Assembly (NCBI GenBank): GCA_030390025.1
Contig: JASTWF010000033.1
Coordinates: 1,738,001 to 1,802,000, forward strand
Direction: 5' to 3'
Length of the DNA: 64,000 bases
Source of the DNA: Squalus acanthias
Taxonomy: Eukaryota
The number at the start of each line of letters is the position of its first letter. Position 1 is the stretch's first letter. Under the pieces are notes generated by a model. It ran no database searches. It was not told where the DNA came from and saw only the letters and a program-made list of their open reading frames with translations. Position numbers and translations under genes: made by a program. Below are positions 25,930-37,136 of this stretch, in pieces.

Positions 25930-26519
25930 GGTGGGAATCGATGAGATGAGTGAGTGACTCTCTATCCACACTCAGCTGGTGAACAGCCTCTCCCCGGTGT
26001 GACTGTATCCATGAGTTTGCACCTCAGACGGGCAACTGAACCCGTTCCCACATTCCCCACATTTACACTGTTGATTCAGGTGGGCGCACGAGTCTCATAG
26101 ACTGGACGATTTGTTAAAAGTGGATCCAGGCACAGAACACGTGTCCTGTTTCTCCCCGCTGTGATTGGTGCTTTTTCCTTCTGTATCCAAAGGCCGATGA
26201 TATTCAGGTCCTGATAAATCCAGTGAATCTGTCAGATCTTGACGCAATGTTTGGAGTGTGTTTCCATCTGCAGATCCTCCCCTTCTAATACCCTCAACTG
26301 GTGTTTACAACAGGATAGAACTTCAGAACAGACAAATCTAGTTTCTATACAACATTCTTTCCCCTCCTGTCCCTCCTAAGCTGTAAATTCTCCATTCTAC
26401 ACACTCTCCCTCCATCCTTACTGTCTAAAATCAACATTCATTACATCATCTGGAATTGTGTGTCTCCCCTTCTCTCCAGAAGGAACTGAATCTGGCTGGA
26501 TGCATTTCGTTAACCTCTA
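25930..26519 (-). pseudogene. Heavily decayed ZNF module remnant (partial finger exon plus intron)
   Basis: Matches paralogue segments (aaggccgatgatattcaggtcctgat, tcctccccttctaataccct, tctagtttctat, tttctccccgctgtga). Confidence 0.7.
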
Positions 26520-27100
26520 CATTTTGGTAGGAAGAACGAGGAGAGACAATATATACTAAAGGGTACAATTCTATAGGGGGGTGTGTGAACAGATACACCT
26601 GGGGGTGTATGTGCACAATTCGTTGAAGGTGGCAGGGCAGGTTGAGAAAGCGGTTAAAAAAGCATATGGGATCCTGGGCTTCATAAATAGAGGCATAGAG
26701 TACAAAAGCAAGGAAGTTATGATGAACTTTTATAAAACACTGGTCCGACCTCTCTGGAGTTTAGAAGAATGAGAGGTGATCTCATTGAAACATACAAGAT
26801 TCTGAAGGGGATTGACAGGGAAGATGCTGAGAGGTTATTTCCCCTGGAGGAGGAATTTCTTCACTCAGAGGGTTGTGAATCTTTGGAATTCTCTGCCCCA
26901 GAGGGCTGTGAATGTTCAGTCTTTGAGTATATTCCAGGCTGAGATAGATAGATTTTTGGACTCTAGGGGAATCAAGGGATATGGAGATCGGGTGGGAAAG
27001 TGGAGTTGAGGTGGATGATCAGCCATGATCTTATTAAATGGCGGAGCAGGCTCGAGGGGCCGTGTGACCTACTCCTGCTCCTAATTCTTATGATCTTTTC
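26520..27100 (+). mobile_element. Internally deleted CR1 3' fragment(s)
   Basis: LGVYVHNSLKVAGQVEKAVKKAYGILGFINRGIEYK and RNFFTQRVVNLWNSLP, plus a CR1 3' UTR. Confidence 0.9.
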
Positions 27101-27483
27101 TGATGGTCTTAATCTGCCCGGCAACTTTCCTTTCAGTGAAGACAGACGAGAAAGACCAAAGTGCCGTTTGCCCCTCTCAGTGTGGCCCTGAAGGACTGTG
27201 TCCAGGCTGTAGTTCTGTTCCCGCCGTACGATCCTCCCCCCAGATTGTCCTTTCTGAGCTCCAGCCAGGTGATGCTAAACACTCAGGTGGGAACGACAAA
27301 AATTCACAACAATGTGTTTAAAGCAAAGCTGATTTATTTGACATATATCCAGAATATTAAACTCCAGCCCAGTTATAGGGGTTATTAACATCAGCAGAAA
27401 CAAACCTCAACTGTCAGTGTGAACACGATTCAGTCCGGGATGTGATTAACGGCAGAAATAACATCAGAATCCAACCTCTGCTG

Positions 27484-28353
27484 TCACTTGTGAACTCGCT
27501 GATGTCTCAGCAGGTTGGATGACTGAGTGAATCCCTTCCCACACTCAGAGCAGGTGAACGGTCTCTCCCTAGTGTGAACTCGCTGGTGTGTCAGCAGGTG
27601 GGATGACTGAGTGAATCCCTTCCCACACACGGAGCAGGTGAACGGCCTCTCCCCAGTGTGAACTCTCTGGTGTGTCAGCAGGTTGGATGACCGAGTGAAT
27701 CCCATCCCACACTCGGAGCAGGTGAAAGGCCTCTCCCCAGTGTGAACTCGCTCGTGTTTCAGCAGGGTGGATGACTGAGTGAATCCCTTCCCACACTCAG
27801 AGCAAGTGAACGGTCTCTCCCCGGTGTGAGTGCGCTGGTGTACAGTGAGGTTTGATGATCGCCTGAAGCCAGTCCTGCAGTGAGAGCATCTGAACGGCCT
27901 CTCGTCAGTGTGAACACGTTGATGACACATCAGTTCCCCGGAACTTTTATAGCACTTTCCGCAGTCCGGGCATTTAAAAGGTCTCTCGTCAGTGTGAACG
28001 TGCTGGTGTGTCAACAGGTGGGATGAATTAGTGAATCCCTTCCCACACTCGGAGCAGGTGAACGGCCTCTCCCCGGTGTGAACTCGCTGGTGTGTCAGCA
28101 GGTGGGATGACTGAGTAAATCCCTTCCCACAAACGGAGCAGGTGAACGGCCTCTCCCCGGTGTGAACTCGCTGGTGATTCAGCAGGTGGGATGACTGAGT
28201 GAATCCCTTCCCACACTCGAAGCAGGTGAATGGCCTCTCCCCAGTGTGAATTCGCTGGTGACTCGACAGGTCAGAGGATCGGCTGAAGCCTTGTCCACAC
28301 ACAGAACACGTGTATGGTTTCTCCCCGCTCTGAACGGTGCTTTCTGCTTCCAT
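27484..28353 (-). CDS. C2H2 zinc-finger protein ZNF-D, 289 aa, 10 tandem fingers, no effector domain visible
   Basis: Intact ORF from ATG 28353 ([16 protein letters not shown]...) with ten CxxC...HxxxH fingers and TGERPF linkers. Upstream acceptor at 28446-28447; conserved 3' UTR block at 27350-27483. Confidence 0.92.
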   Translation of the reverse strand: MEAESTVQSGEKPYTCSVCGQGFSRSSDLSSHQRIHTGERPFTCFECGKGFTQSSHLLNHQRVHTGERPFTCSVCGKGFTQSSHLLTHQRVHTGERPFTCSECGKGFTNSSHLLTHQHVHTDERPFKCPDCGKCYKSSGELMCHQRVHTDERPFRCSHCRTGFRRSSNLTVHQRTHTGERPFTCSECGKGFTQSSTLLKHERVHTGERPFTCSECGMGFTRSSNLLTHQRVHTGERPFTCSVCGKGFTQSSHLLTHQRVHTRERPFTCSECGKGFTQSSNLLRHQRVHK

Positions 28354-28499
28354 GTTCAAAGGTCCTGATGAATCGAGTGACTGTCAGATCGTGAAGTGAT
28401 GTTTGGTTTGAGTTTCCCGTCTGCAAATCCTCCCCTTCTAACACCCTGGAAAATGAATTTAAAACAGGAAAAAGGGAGGGTGAGAGAGAACCCACAAAA

Positions 28500-28665
28500 A
28501 CACAAAGGCAGGTTGTGAAATTGAGCTGAATGAATCTGGGAATTTGTGGGGCCGGCACTAGAAAAAAGTGACCATGAAATCTGCCGGATTGTCGTAAAAA
28601 CCCAACTGGTTCACTAATGTCCTTCAGGGAAGGGAACCCGCCACCCGGTCTGGGCCTACACAAGA
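28500..28665 (+). mobile_element. SINE-like fragment
   Basis: gaccatgaaa...ttgtcgtaaaaacccaactggttcactaatgtccttcagggaagg resembles a common shark interspersed repeat (recall only). Confidence 0.4.
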
Positions 28666-28749
28666 CTCTGGTCTCTATGGGAGGAGAGAGAGCGAGGTGG
28701 GAGGGGGAGGGGTGAAGGAGAGCGACTTTATACATCTGTAACTTGACTA

Positions 28750-29065
28750 GAACTTTGACAGCACCTCCCAAACACGCGACCTCCACCACCTAGAAGGACA
28801 AGGGCAGCAGGTGCATGGGAACACCATCACCTCCCAGTTCCCCTCCAAGTCACACACTATCCTGACTTGGACATATATCGCCGTTCCTACATCGTCGCTG
28901 GGTGAAAATCCTGGAACTCCTCACCTAACAGCATTCTGAGAGTACCTTCACCACACGGACTGCAGAGGTTCAAGAAGGCCCAGCATCACCTTCTCAACGG
29001 GCAACTGGGGACTGGCAATATATGCTGGCATTGCTCGTGACACCCACATCGAATGAATTTAAAAA
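28750..29065 (+). mobile_element. 3' terminal fragment of an L2/CR1-group LINE
   Basis: Degenerate WNS-P...FKK...HLL C-terminal coding remnant, followed by a short 3' UTR and an A-rich end. Confidence 0.6.
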
Positions 29066-29512
29066 TCTGTATATATAAAATGGATTGAATGCCCCTGCAG
29101 AAATACTTGTTCCTAAAATGATAATCTTTTACACTGTACGGACAGTGTCTGTTTAGTAACTTAATCTCCCCTGGAATCCACCTCCCTTCACAGTCCCACA
29201 TTGGAAATTGTTGGGTACCACTGGGCTCAGAAGTACTGGGGGTTAAACCCAGCAGCTTCTCCCCCCTCTCCACTCCAGCTCAAACTGATGCAACAAGAAA
29301 GCCCTACACAGGAGTCCAGGGAGCGAGTTCCACATCCACCGCCCACCCTGATGCTAACCGGCTCTGAATTGCTCCCTCTGCTGTATAAATGCAAGTTGTT
29401 GTGTTTCTTGTCTGGGGGAGGTGCTGCACCCTGGGGTTAATGCTGCCGGGGTCCTGGCCGCACGTCCGCCGGCTCTGACTCGGGGCCTGAGACCCGCACT
29501 CGGTGTTGCTGA

Positions 29513-30968
29513 GGGAATCCAACCCTGGGACTGTACACGGGGATTCCAACCCTGGGACTGTACATGGGGATTCCAACCCTGGGACTGTACATGGGGATTC
29601 CAGCCCTGGGACTGTACATGGGGATTCAAACCCTGGGACTGTACATGGGGATTCTAACACTGGGACTGTACATGGGGATTCTAACCCTGGGACGGTACAT
29701 GGGGATTCTTACCCTGGGACTGTACATGGGGATTCCAACCCTGGGACTGTACATGGGGATTCCAACCCTGGGACTGTACATGGGGATTCTAACCCTGGGA
29801 CTGTACATGGGGATTCCAACCCTGGGACTGTACATGGGGATTCCAACCCTGGGAATGTACATGGGGATTCCAGCCCTGGGACTGTACATGGGGATTCTAA
29901 CCCTGGGACTGTACATGGGGATTCCAACCCTGGGAATGTACATGGGGATTCCAGCCCTGGGACTGTACATGGGGATTCCAACCCTGGGAATGTACATGGG
30001 GATTCTAACCCTGGGACTGTACATGGGGATTCCAACCCTGGGAATGTACATGGGGATTCTAACCCTGGGTCTGTACATGGGGATTCTAACCCTGGGACTG
30101 TACATGGGGATTCTAACCCTGGGACTGTACATGGGGATTCCAGCCCTGGGACTGTACATGGGAATTCTAACCCTGGGACTGTACATGGGGATTCTAACAC
30201 TGGGACTGTACATGGAGATTCCAGCCCTGGGACTGTACATGGGGATTCTAACCCTGGGACTGTACATGGGGATTCTAACCCTGGGACTGTACATGGGGAT
30301 TCTAGCCCTGGGACTGTACATGAGGATTCCAGCCCTGGGACTGTACATGGGGATTTCAGCCCTGGGACTGTACATGGGGATTCTAACCCTGGGACTGTAC
30401 ATGGGGATTCCAGCCCTGGGACTGTACATGGGGATTCTAACCCTGGGACTGTTCATGGGGATTCTAACCCTGGGACAGTACATGGGGATTCCAGCCCTGG
30501 GACTTTACATGGGGATTCTAACCCTGGGACTGTACATGGGGATTCTAACCCTGGGACTGTACATGGGGATTCTAACCCTGGGACTGTGCATGGGGATTCC
30601 AACCCTGGGACTGAACATGGGGATTCTAACACTGGGACTGTACATGGGGATTCCAACCCTGGGACTGTACATGGGGATTCTAACCTCCTTGAGACTGTAC
30701 ATGGGGATTCTAACCCTGGGACTGTACATGGTGATTCTAACCCTGGGATTGTACATGGGGATTCTAACCCTGGGACTGTACATGGGGATTCCAACCCTGG
30801 GACTGCACATGGGGATACCAACCCTGGGACTGCACAAGGGGATTCTAACCCTGGGACTGCACATGGGGATTCCAACCCTGGGACTGCACATGGGGATTCT
30901 AACCCTGGGACTGGAAATGGGGATTCCAACCCTGGGACCATACATGGGGATTCTAACCCTGGGACTGT
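29513..30968. repeat. 27-bp minisatellite (ccctgggactgtacatggggattctaa)n, about 54 units, in the inferred ZNF-D intron
   Basis: Direct periodicity; 9-aa period GDSNPGTVH. Confidence 0.97.
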
Positions 30969-32610
30969 AGTCATCGAGTTATACAGCACAGAAAGAGGCC
31001 CTTCGGCCCATCTTGTCCACGCCGACCATCAAGCCCTGTCTATTCTAAACCCATTTTCCAGCACTTGGTCCGTAGCCTTGTATGCTATGGCGTTTCAAGT
31101 GCTCATCTAAATGCTTCTTGAATGTTGTGAGGGTTCCTGCCTATACCACCCTTTCAGGCAGTGAGTTTCAGATTCCAACCACCCTCTGGGTGAACAAGTT
31201 TTTCCTCAAATCCCCTCTAAACCTCCTGCCCCTTACCTTGAAACTGTGCCCCCTGGTTATTGACCCCTCTACTAAGGGGAAAAGTTCCTTTCTATCTACC
31301 CTATCTATGCCCCTCATAATTTTGTACACCTCAATCAGGTACCCCCTCAGCCTTCTCTGCTCTAATGAAAACAACCCCAGCCTGTCCCATCTCTCTTCAT
31401 AGCTGAAGCGCTCCAGCCCAGATAACATCCTGGTGAATCTCCTCTGCACCCTCTCCAATGCAATCGCATCCTTCCTATAGTGTGGCGACCAGAACTGCAC
31501 ACAGTATTCCAGCTGTGGCCTAACTAGCGTTTTGTACAGCTCCATCATAACCTCCCTGCTCTTATATTTTATGCCTCGGCTAATGAAGGCAAGTATCCCA
31601 TATGCCTTTTTAACCACCTTATCTACCTGTCCTGGTGCCTTCAGGGATCTATGTACAGGCACACCAAGGTCCCTCTGATCCTCTGTCTTTCCTAGGGTCC
31701 TACCCTTGTTTATTTCCTTGCCTTGTTAGTCCTCCCAAAATGCATCACCTCACACTTTTCAGGGTTAAATTCCATTTGCCACTGTTCTGCCCATCTAACC
31801 ATCCCGTCTATATTGTCCTGTAGCCTGAGGCTTCCCTCCTCGCAATTTACCACTCCACCAATTTTTGGGTCATCTGCGAACTGACTGATCATACCTCCTA
31901 CATTCATATCTAAATCATTAATGTACACTACAAACAACAAGGGACCCAGCACCGATCCCTGTGGTACACCACTGGACACAGGCTTCCAATCACAAAAACA
32001 ACCTTCGACCATCACCCTCTGCCTCCTGCCACTAAGCCAATTTTGGATCCAATGTGCCAAATTGCCCTGGATCCCATGGGCTCTTACCTTCTTGAACAGT
32101 CTCCCATGTGGGACTTTGTCAAAAGCCTTACTGAAGTCCATGTAGACTACATCAACTGCACTACCCTCATCCACACACCTAGTCACCCCCTTGAAAAATG
32201 CAATCAAATTGGTTAAACATGATCTCCCTCTGACAAAGCTATGCTGACTATCCCTGCCTCTCCAAGTGGAGACTAATTCTGTCCCTCAGAATTTTTTCCA
32301 ATAATGTCCCTGCCTCTGATGTTAGGCTCACTGGCCTGTAATTCCCTGGTTTATCCCTACTACCCTTCTTGAATAATGGTACTACGTTAGCTGTTCTCCA
32401 GTCCTCTGTCACCTCCCCTGTGGTCATGATGCGGATCTATTTACTTCACCTGAGGAAGGGGCAATCGATAGCTCCGAAAGCTTGTGATTTCAAATAAAAC
32501 TGTTGGACTATAACCTGGTGTTGTGCGACCTCTCAATTTTGACCTCCCCTGTGGCCAGAGAGGTTCTGAAAATCTGTGTCAGAGCCCCTGCAATCTCCTC
32601 CCTTGCCTCA
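30969..32610 (-). mobile_element. 5'-truncated, disabled CR1 LINE
   Basis: ORFs 31710-32207 (YMDFSKAFDKVPH, PQGSVLGP, FADD) and 31168-31662; 3' UTR ends at about 30970. Confidence 0.95.
32424..32541 (+). mobile_element. Short Penelope-like element fragment with a minimal hammerhead ribozyme motif, inserted in the CR1
   Basis: 13-bp TSD acctcccctgtgg (32411-32423, 32542-32554). Contains tcac-CTGAGGA-a-ggggc-aatcgata-gctcc-GAAA-gctt-gtga followed by aataaa. Confidence 0.8.
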
Positions 32611-32789
32611 AGGGCGACCCAGCTCTGAGGCTCTTCTGTTACAATTGTGTGGGATGTTAACCGTGTGCTCTGCTTTTACCAGCGCCTTCAGGAGAGATGC
32701 TGAGAAATCTGAAGTGTGGAGAGTCTGAATCAAACAACTGAGTCAATTATTTACATTCCCGGGCAATAGGACCCGGTTGGGAACAGACA

Positions 32790-33150
32790 CTGAAGCCCCG
32801 CCCACTCTATGTTTGCGCGCCAAGATGATCGCGCATGCGCTATGCTACTCACTGAATCAAGATGGCGGCTGTTATCCCGGGCCTGTGACCGGGAGAAGCC
32901 CCGAAGCTGCAAACGCGGGACCTTCAGGTTATTATTCGGGGTTTGCTGCCTGCACTAGTTGTTTATGAAGCCTCCCCGCCCAGTCACCGGTCCATTACTC
33001 CGCTCCGTCCGGCCGATTCTTACGCATTAATCAGGAGCTGATCCACAAGTCACGTTCTCTGAGAAGACACGCACCGCGCATGCTCCAAACCCAGGCGGGT
33101 CCCGCGCCTGCGCACTGGGCTCCTGTAGTCCGGGTGCGGCACATTCTCCC
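32790..33150 (-). promoter_or_regulatory. CpG-rich promoter/first exon, probably of ZNF-D; candidate donor GTGAGT at 32852-32847
   Basis: Consensus YY1 site caagatggcggc at 32858, NRF1-like cgcgcatgcgc at 32830 and gcgcctgcgca at about 33104. Diverged homologue of the other ZNF promoters; has no 63-bp array. Confidence 0.65.
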
Positions 33151-33307
33151 CCGCGGGGAATACTGGGTGAACAGCCCGCCAATTGAAAGGCCACATTGGT
33201 GAATAGAACAGAATTTACTGGAATACATTGAGCACTGAAGCATGTTCATGCCCAGCCCGCCCCAATGACAAAATCGAAGCCCAGGCTGCAACATTCTCAT
33301 TTCAGTT

Positions 33308-33510
33308 TGGTGCTGTGTGAACGGGTGAGCTCCGCATCCCGGCTGCTTGCGTGGAATGCCGGTGCGGAGGGCCCGGTGCAGAAGGCCCGGGGAGGAAAGG
33401 CTGTGGGATTTCAACTCGGCTTTAGTCGGTGCTGTGTGTGAACTGGCTGCTCCACACCCCGGCTGCTCGCGGGGAATGCCGGTGCGGAGGGCCCGGTGCA
33501 GAAGGCCCAA
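33308..33510. repeat. GC-rich direct repeat with 120-bp period (two copies)
   Basis: ggaatgccggtgcggagggcccggtgcagaaggccc occurs at about 33353 and 33473. Confidence 0.8.
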
Positions 33511-33927
33511 GGTGGAAGACACGGAGGAGAGTGGCCTGGGCGGGAGGCCCAGCACGGAGAACCCCAGGCGGGTGGCCCAGGGCGGGGCGGCTGGTCGGCA
33601 GAGGTGGAGTCGGGAGATGCGGTTGGTGAGCATTGCTGCACTGGTTCTGAAAGTTGCAGAATGGTTTCGGGCCTGAATGAGTTCCAGCAGCCCAGCATCT
33701 GCTCTGCCTGGCGGCAGCTGTGAGACTTTTTCTTGGTCATGGGACCGGTTTATGCGTCGCCATATTGGTGAAGGAAAGACAAATTGTTTCCTTATGTAAT
33801 GGGGCGCGTGAGCAGTTACAAGATGGAAAATGTGAATGGTTAAAAGACGGAAAGTAAAAGACAAAGCAAAGTAATATCAGTAAGGAATGATGAGTATTCT
33901 TTTGATGGTTGGGTCCTGTGAGTGATA

Positions 33928-35125
33928 ACAGCAAGCAGAAGAAGATTTGAGTGTTCGGTCTTTTTACGGGATTTCAGGAAGTGGATGGCTTCTTTTTCCG
34001 TGGAAGGGCTGAAGACTGTGGACAAGGACTATGACTTTACATGGTTCGACAACATCAAATGATATTCGTTAATGGATTGCCAATAGGACTGGCGTAGAAC
34101 TGGTATTTAATTGTTTTGTTGGGAAGGTTTCAGGTTTTCTGTTTGAAAGCAGTTTACTTGAAGCTTAATTGATTTTCTGATAAGGACTGTGGGAATTTGC
34201 ACATGGTGATGTATTGGTGGTTATGCAGGAATTTACTTTGAGGTTATTGTCTAGTGTTGGTGTGGTTGAAAAGATAAAGTAAATTAATATTGGTAATTTA
34301 TTGAACGAACGGACACTCGAGTGAATGAACGGATGAACGATTCGAACGAACGCATTCATGCATATTGGAACTTACACTCGATCGAACGAATGATCACTTG
34401 TGCAGTGATAGAACGAACAATTCAAGCGAACTCACACAGGCGCGCACTGAGACAATGCTACGCACGCACGCATTCAGACACACATATTGGAACTTACACT
34501 CGATCAAACGAACGACCTCATGGGGTAGTGGTCGAATGAACGATTCGAGCGAACGCAAGCATGGACATTGGAACTTACACTCGATCGAACGAATGATCGC
34601 GTGGTGAACAATCAAACGAACGATAATCGAGCAAATGCACGCAGGCGCGCACTTAGACAAATGATACGCACGCACTCATACATGCATATTGGAACTTACG
34701 CTCGATCGAACGAACGAACAATTGAATGAATGATCGAATGATCGAACGAACAATGCCAATAGGACTGGCGTAAAACGGGTTTTTTCTTGGTTTATTGGAA
34801 TAAGTGTTATCTGTAGCATTTAATTGGATTATGATGGTGCTATGTGTTTGTACACTGGTGTTGAAATGGTTTTTGTTTTATGTGGAGTTAACTTTGAGAT
34901 TTATTATTTTAAATCTAAAAAGTTGTGTGGTATTGTTTAAGGATATTTGTACTGTAAACATTATTGATTATTTGTAAAATTAATCATTGCATTTATATTA
35001 ACTATAAGGCTGTCTTTAAGGCTTTATTTTTTACTGTGATGGATGAATGTAATGGATTTACTATGTAATGGATTTACTATGTAATTGTTGAGTTGTACAG
35101 GTATTATTGTTTTTGAATAATAATA
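33928..35125 (+). repeat. Second (inverted) copy of the unclassified element at 13205-14504
   Basis: Reverse-complement match, e.g. near-identical ORFs 14073-14267(+) and 34165-34359(-). Confidence 0.85.
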
Positions 35126-35127
35126 TT

Positions 35128-35525
35128 GCACTGCAGGAGCACAGTGCGCAGGCGCAGTGCCCGCCCGTAGCTGGAGCATGCGCAGTGTCACTGTGATGAG
35201 AGCCATGCGAGGGCGCGGGACAGGCCGATTTGGGAGACGCGGTTTTTGATCCGATTACGAATCAGCGGGGCGCAGGGAGGTAACGCACCCGGCGGGTGAG
35301 CTTCGTAAGCACCTGGCGTAGGCCGCAAGCCCGGAATGAGAACCTACAGGTTCCGTGTTTGCAGCTCGGAGGCTTTTTCCCAGAAACTGGGCTCGGGTTA
35401 ACGGCGGCCATCTTTGTAAAGGAGCTCCTCGTGTTTTTGCGTCGTCGTTTTGCTTCGATGATGCTGGAGCGCATGCGTGGCCATCTTTGTAAAGGAGCCA
35501 CTAGGGGGCGTGGCTTCAGGGGACC
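35128..35525 (+). promoter_or_regulatory. CpG-rich promoter/first exon of ZNF-E (NRF1, YY1, GC box)
   Basis: tgcgcaggcgca at 35145, gcatgcgca at about 35176, gccatcttt at about 35407 and 35480, ggggcgtggc at about 35505. Confidence 0.7.
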
Positions 35526-35936
35526 AGTGAGTGAACTGAACCCAGCCAGAGTCAGCACCTTCAGGGGAGGAGAGGGAGGGGAACCAGTGAGTGCAGAACT
35601 GAACCCGGTCAGAGTCAGCACCTTCAGGGGAGGAGAGGGAGGGGAACCAGTGATTGTAGAACTGAACCCAGCCAGAGTCAGCACCTTCAGGGGAGGAGAG
35701 GGAGGGGAACCAGTGAGTGTAGAACTGAACCCAGCCAGAGTCAGCACCTTCAGGGGAGGAGAGGGAGGGGAACCAGTGAGTGTAGAACTGAACCCAGCCA
35801 GAGTCAGCACCTTCAGGGGAGGAGAGGGAGGGGAACCAGTGAGTGAACTGAACCCAGCCAGAGTCAGCACCTTCAGGGGAGGAGAGGGAGGGGAACCAGT
35901 GAGTGTAGAACTGAACCCAGCCAGAGTCAGCACCTT
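35526..35936 (+). repeat. 63-bp minisatellite upstream of ZNF-E (about 6-7 units)
   Basis: Same unit as the other arrays. Confidence 0.95.
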
Positions 35937-36120
35937 TCAGTGTGTTGGAGATGGTGCGATGGGTTTGGATTTCAGCACAGGGAGGAGGGAGAGTGTGTTG
36001 GATGGAGATTTACAGCTTTGGGGGAACAAGAGAGGAAAGAATGTTCCATAGAAACTAGAATTGTCTGTTCTGAATTTCTATCCTCTACTTAGTGATGTCT
36101 TTTGTAAACTCCTTTTACAG

Positions 36121-36907
36121 GCTGTGAGAAGGGGAGGATTTACAGACAGGAAACTCAAACCAAACATCATTTTAAGATCTGACAGAGTCACTCCATTCAT
36201 CAGGACCTGAATATCATTGGCCTTTGAATGTGGAAGGAGAAATGTTTGTCTGTTTTGTCTGTGGGAAAAGATTTCAAACATCAGTGTGACTGGAAAAGCA
36301 CCGAGACACACACACCCGAGTGAGAGTGTTCCAGTGCACTGCCTGTGAAAAGAGCTTTAACCAGTTACACAGTCTGAAAAAACATCGCACCGTTCACAGC
36401 GGGGAGAAACTGTACACGTGTTCTGTGTGTGGACGAGGCTTCAACTGATCGTCCAACCCGAAGAGACACAAGGACACCCGCACCACGGTGAAACCGTGGA
36501 AATGTGGGGACTGTGGGCAGGGATTCAATTACCCATCCCAGCTGGAAGCTCATCAACGCAGTCACACTGGGGAGAGACTGTGCACGTGCTCTGAGTGTGG
36601 GAACAGATTCGCTCGGTCATCCCACCTGCTGACACACCAGCGACTTCACAGTGGGGAGAGGCCGTTCACCTGCTCTGTGTGTGGGAAGGGATTCACTAAC
36701 TCCTCCAGCCTCACGTCACACCAACGCGTTCACACTGATAAGAGAGCTTTTAAATGTTCTGAATGTGAGAAGAACTTTAAAAGCACAAGGGATCTTCTGA
36801 CACTCCAGCGAGTTCACACTGGAGAGAGGTCGTTCACCTGCTCCCTGTGTGGGAAGGAATTCACTCGGTCATCCACCCTGCTGAGACACCAGCGAGTTCA
36901 CAAGTGA
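36121..36907 (+). CDS. C2H2 zinc-finger exon ZNF-E; open 5-finger frame 36485-36907 without ATG (gene or pseudogene)
   Basis: Acceptor ttttacAG ends at 36120; shared TGA at 36446; ORF 36488-36907. Finger 4 has a His>Leu change. Inverted paralogue of ZNF-A. Confidence 0.75.
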
Positions 36908-37136
36908 CAGCAGGGGTTAGATTCTGCTGTTTTTGCTGCTGTTAATCTCATCCAGGTCTGAACCATGTTCATTCTGACAGTTGGAGTTTGTTTCTGCTGA
37001 TGATAATAACCCCTCTAACTGGGCAGGAGTTTAATATTTTGCTATTTCAAATAACAGTGTGTCGATATTTGATGTCTCCAAAATAAGAGGAGACTAAATA
37101 GATTTGTATCAAGCGATGATATCGGTAACAGGTCCG

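Noticed and set aside
29503..31110. 535-aa and 468-aa repetitive ORFs (GDSNPGTVH / MGILTLGLY)
   Set aside because: By-product of a 27-bp minisatellite. Several frames on both strands are open, and the ORF runs into antisense CR1.
33031..33864. 277-aa GC-rich ORF and overlapping ORFs
   Set aside because: No recognisable domain; overlaps promoter and repeat sequence; explained by high GC.
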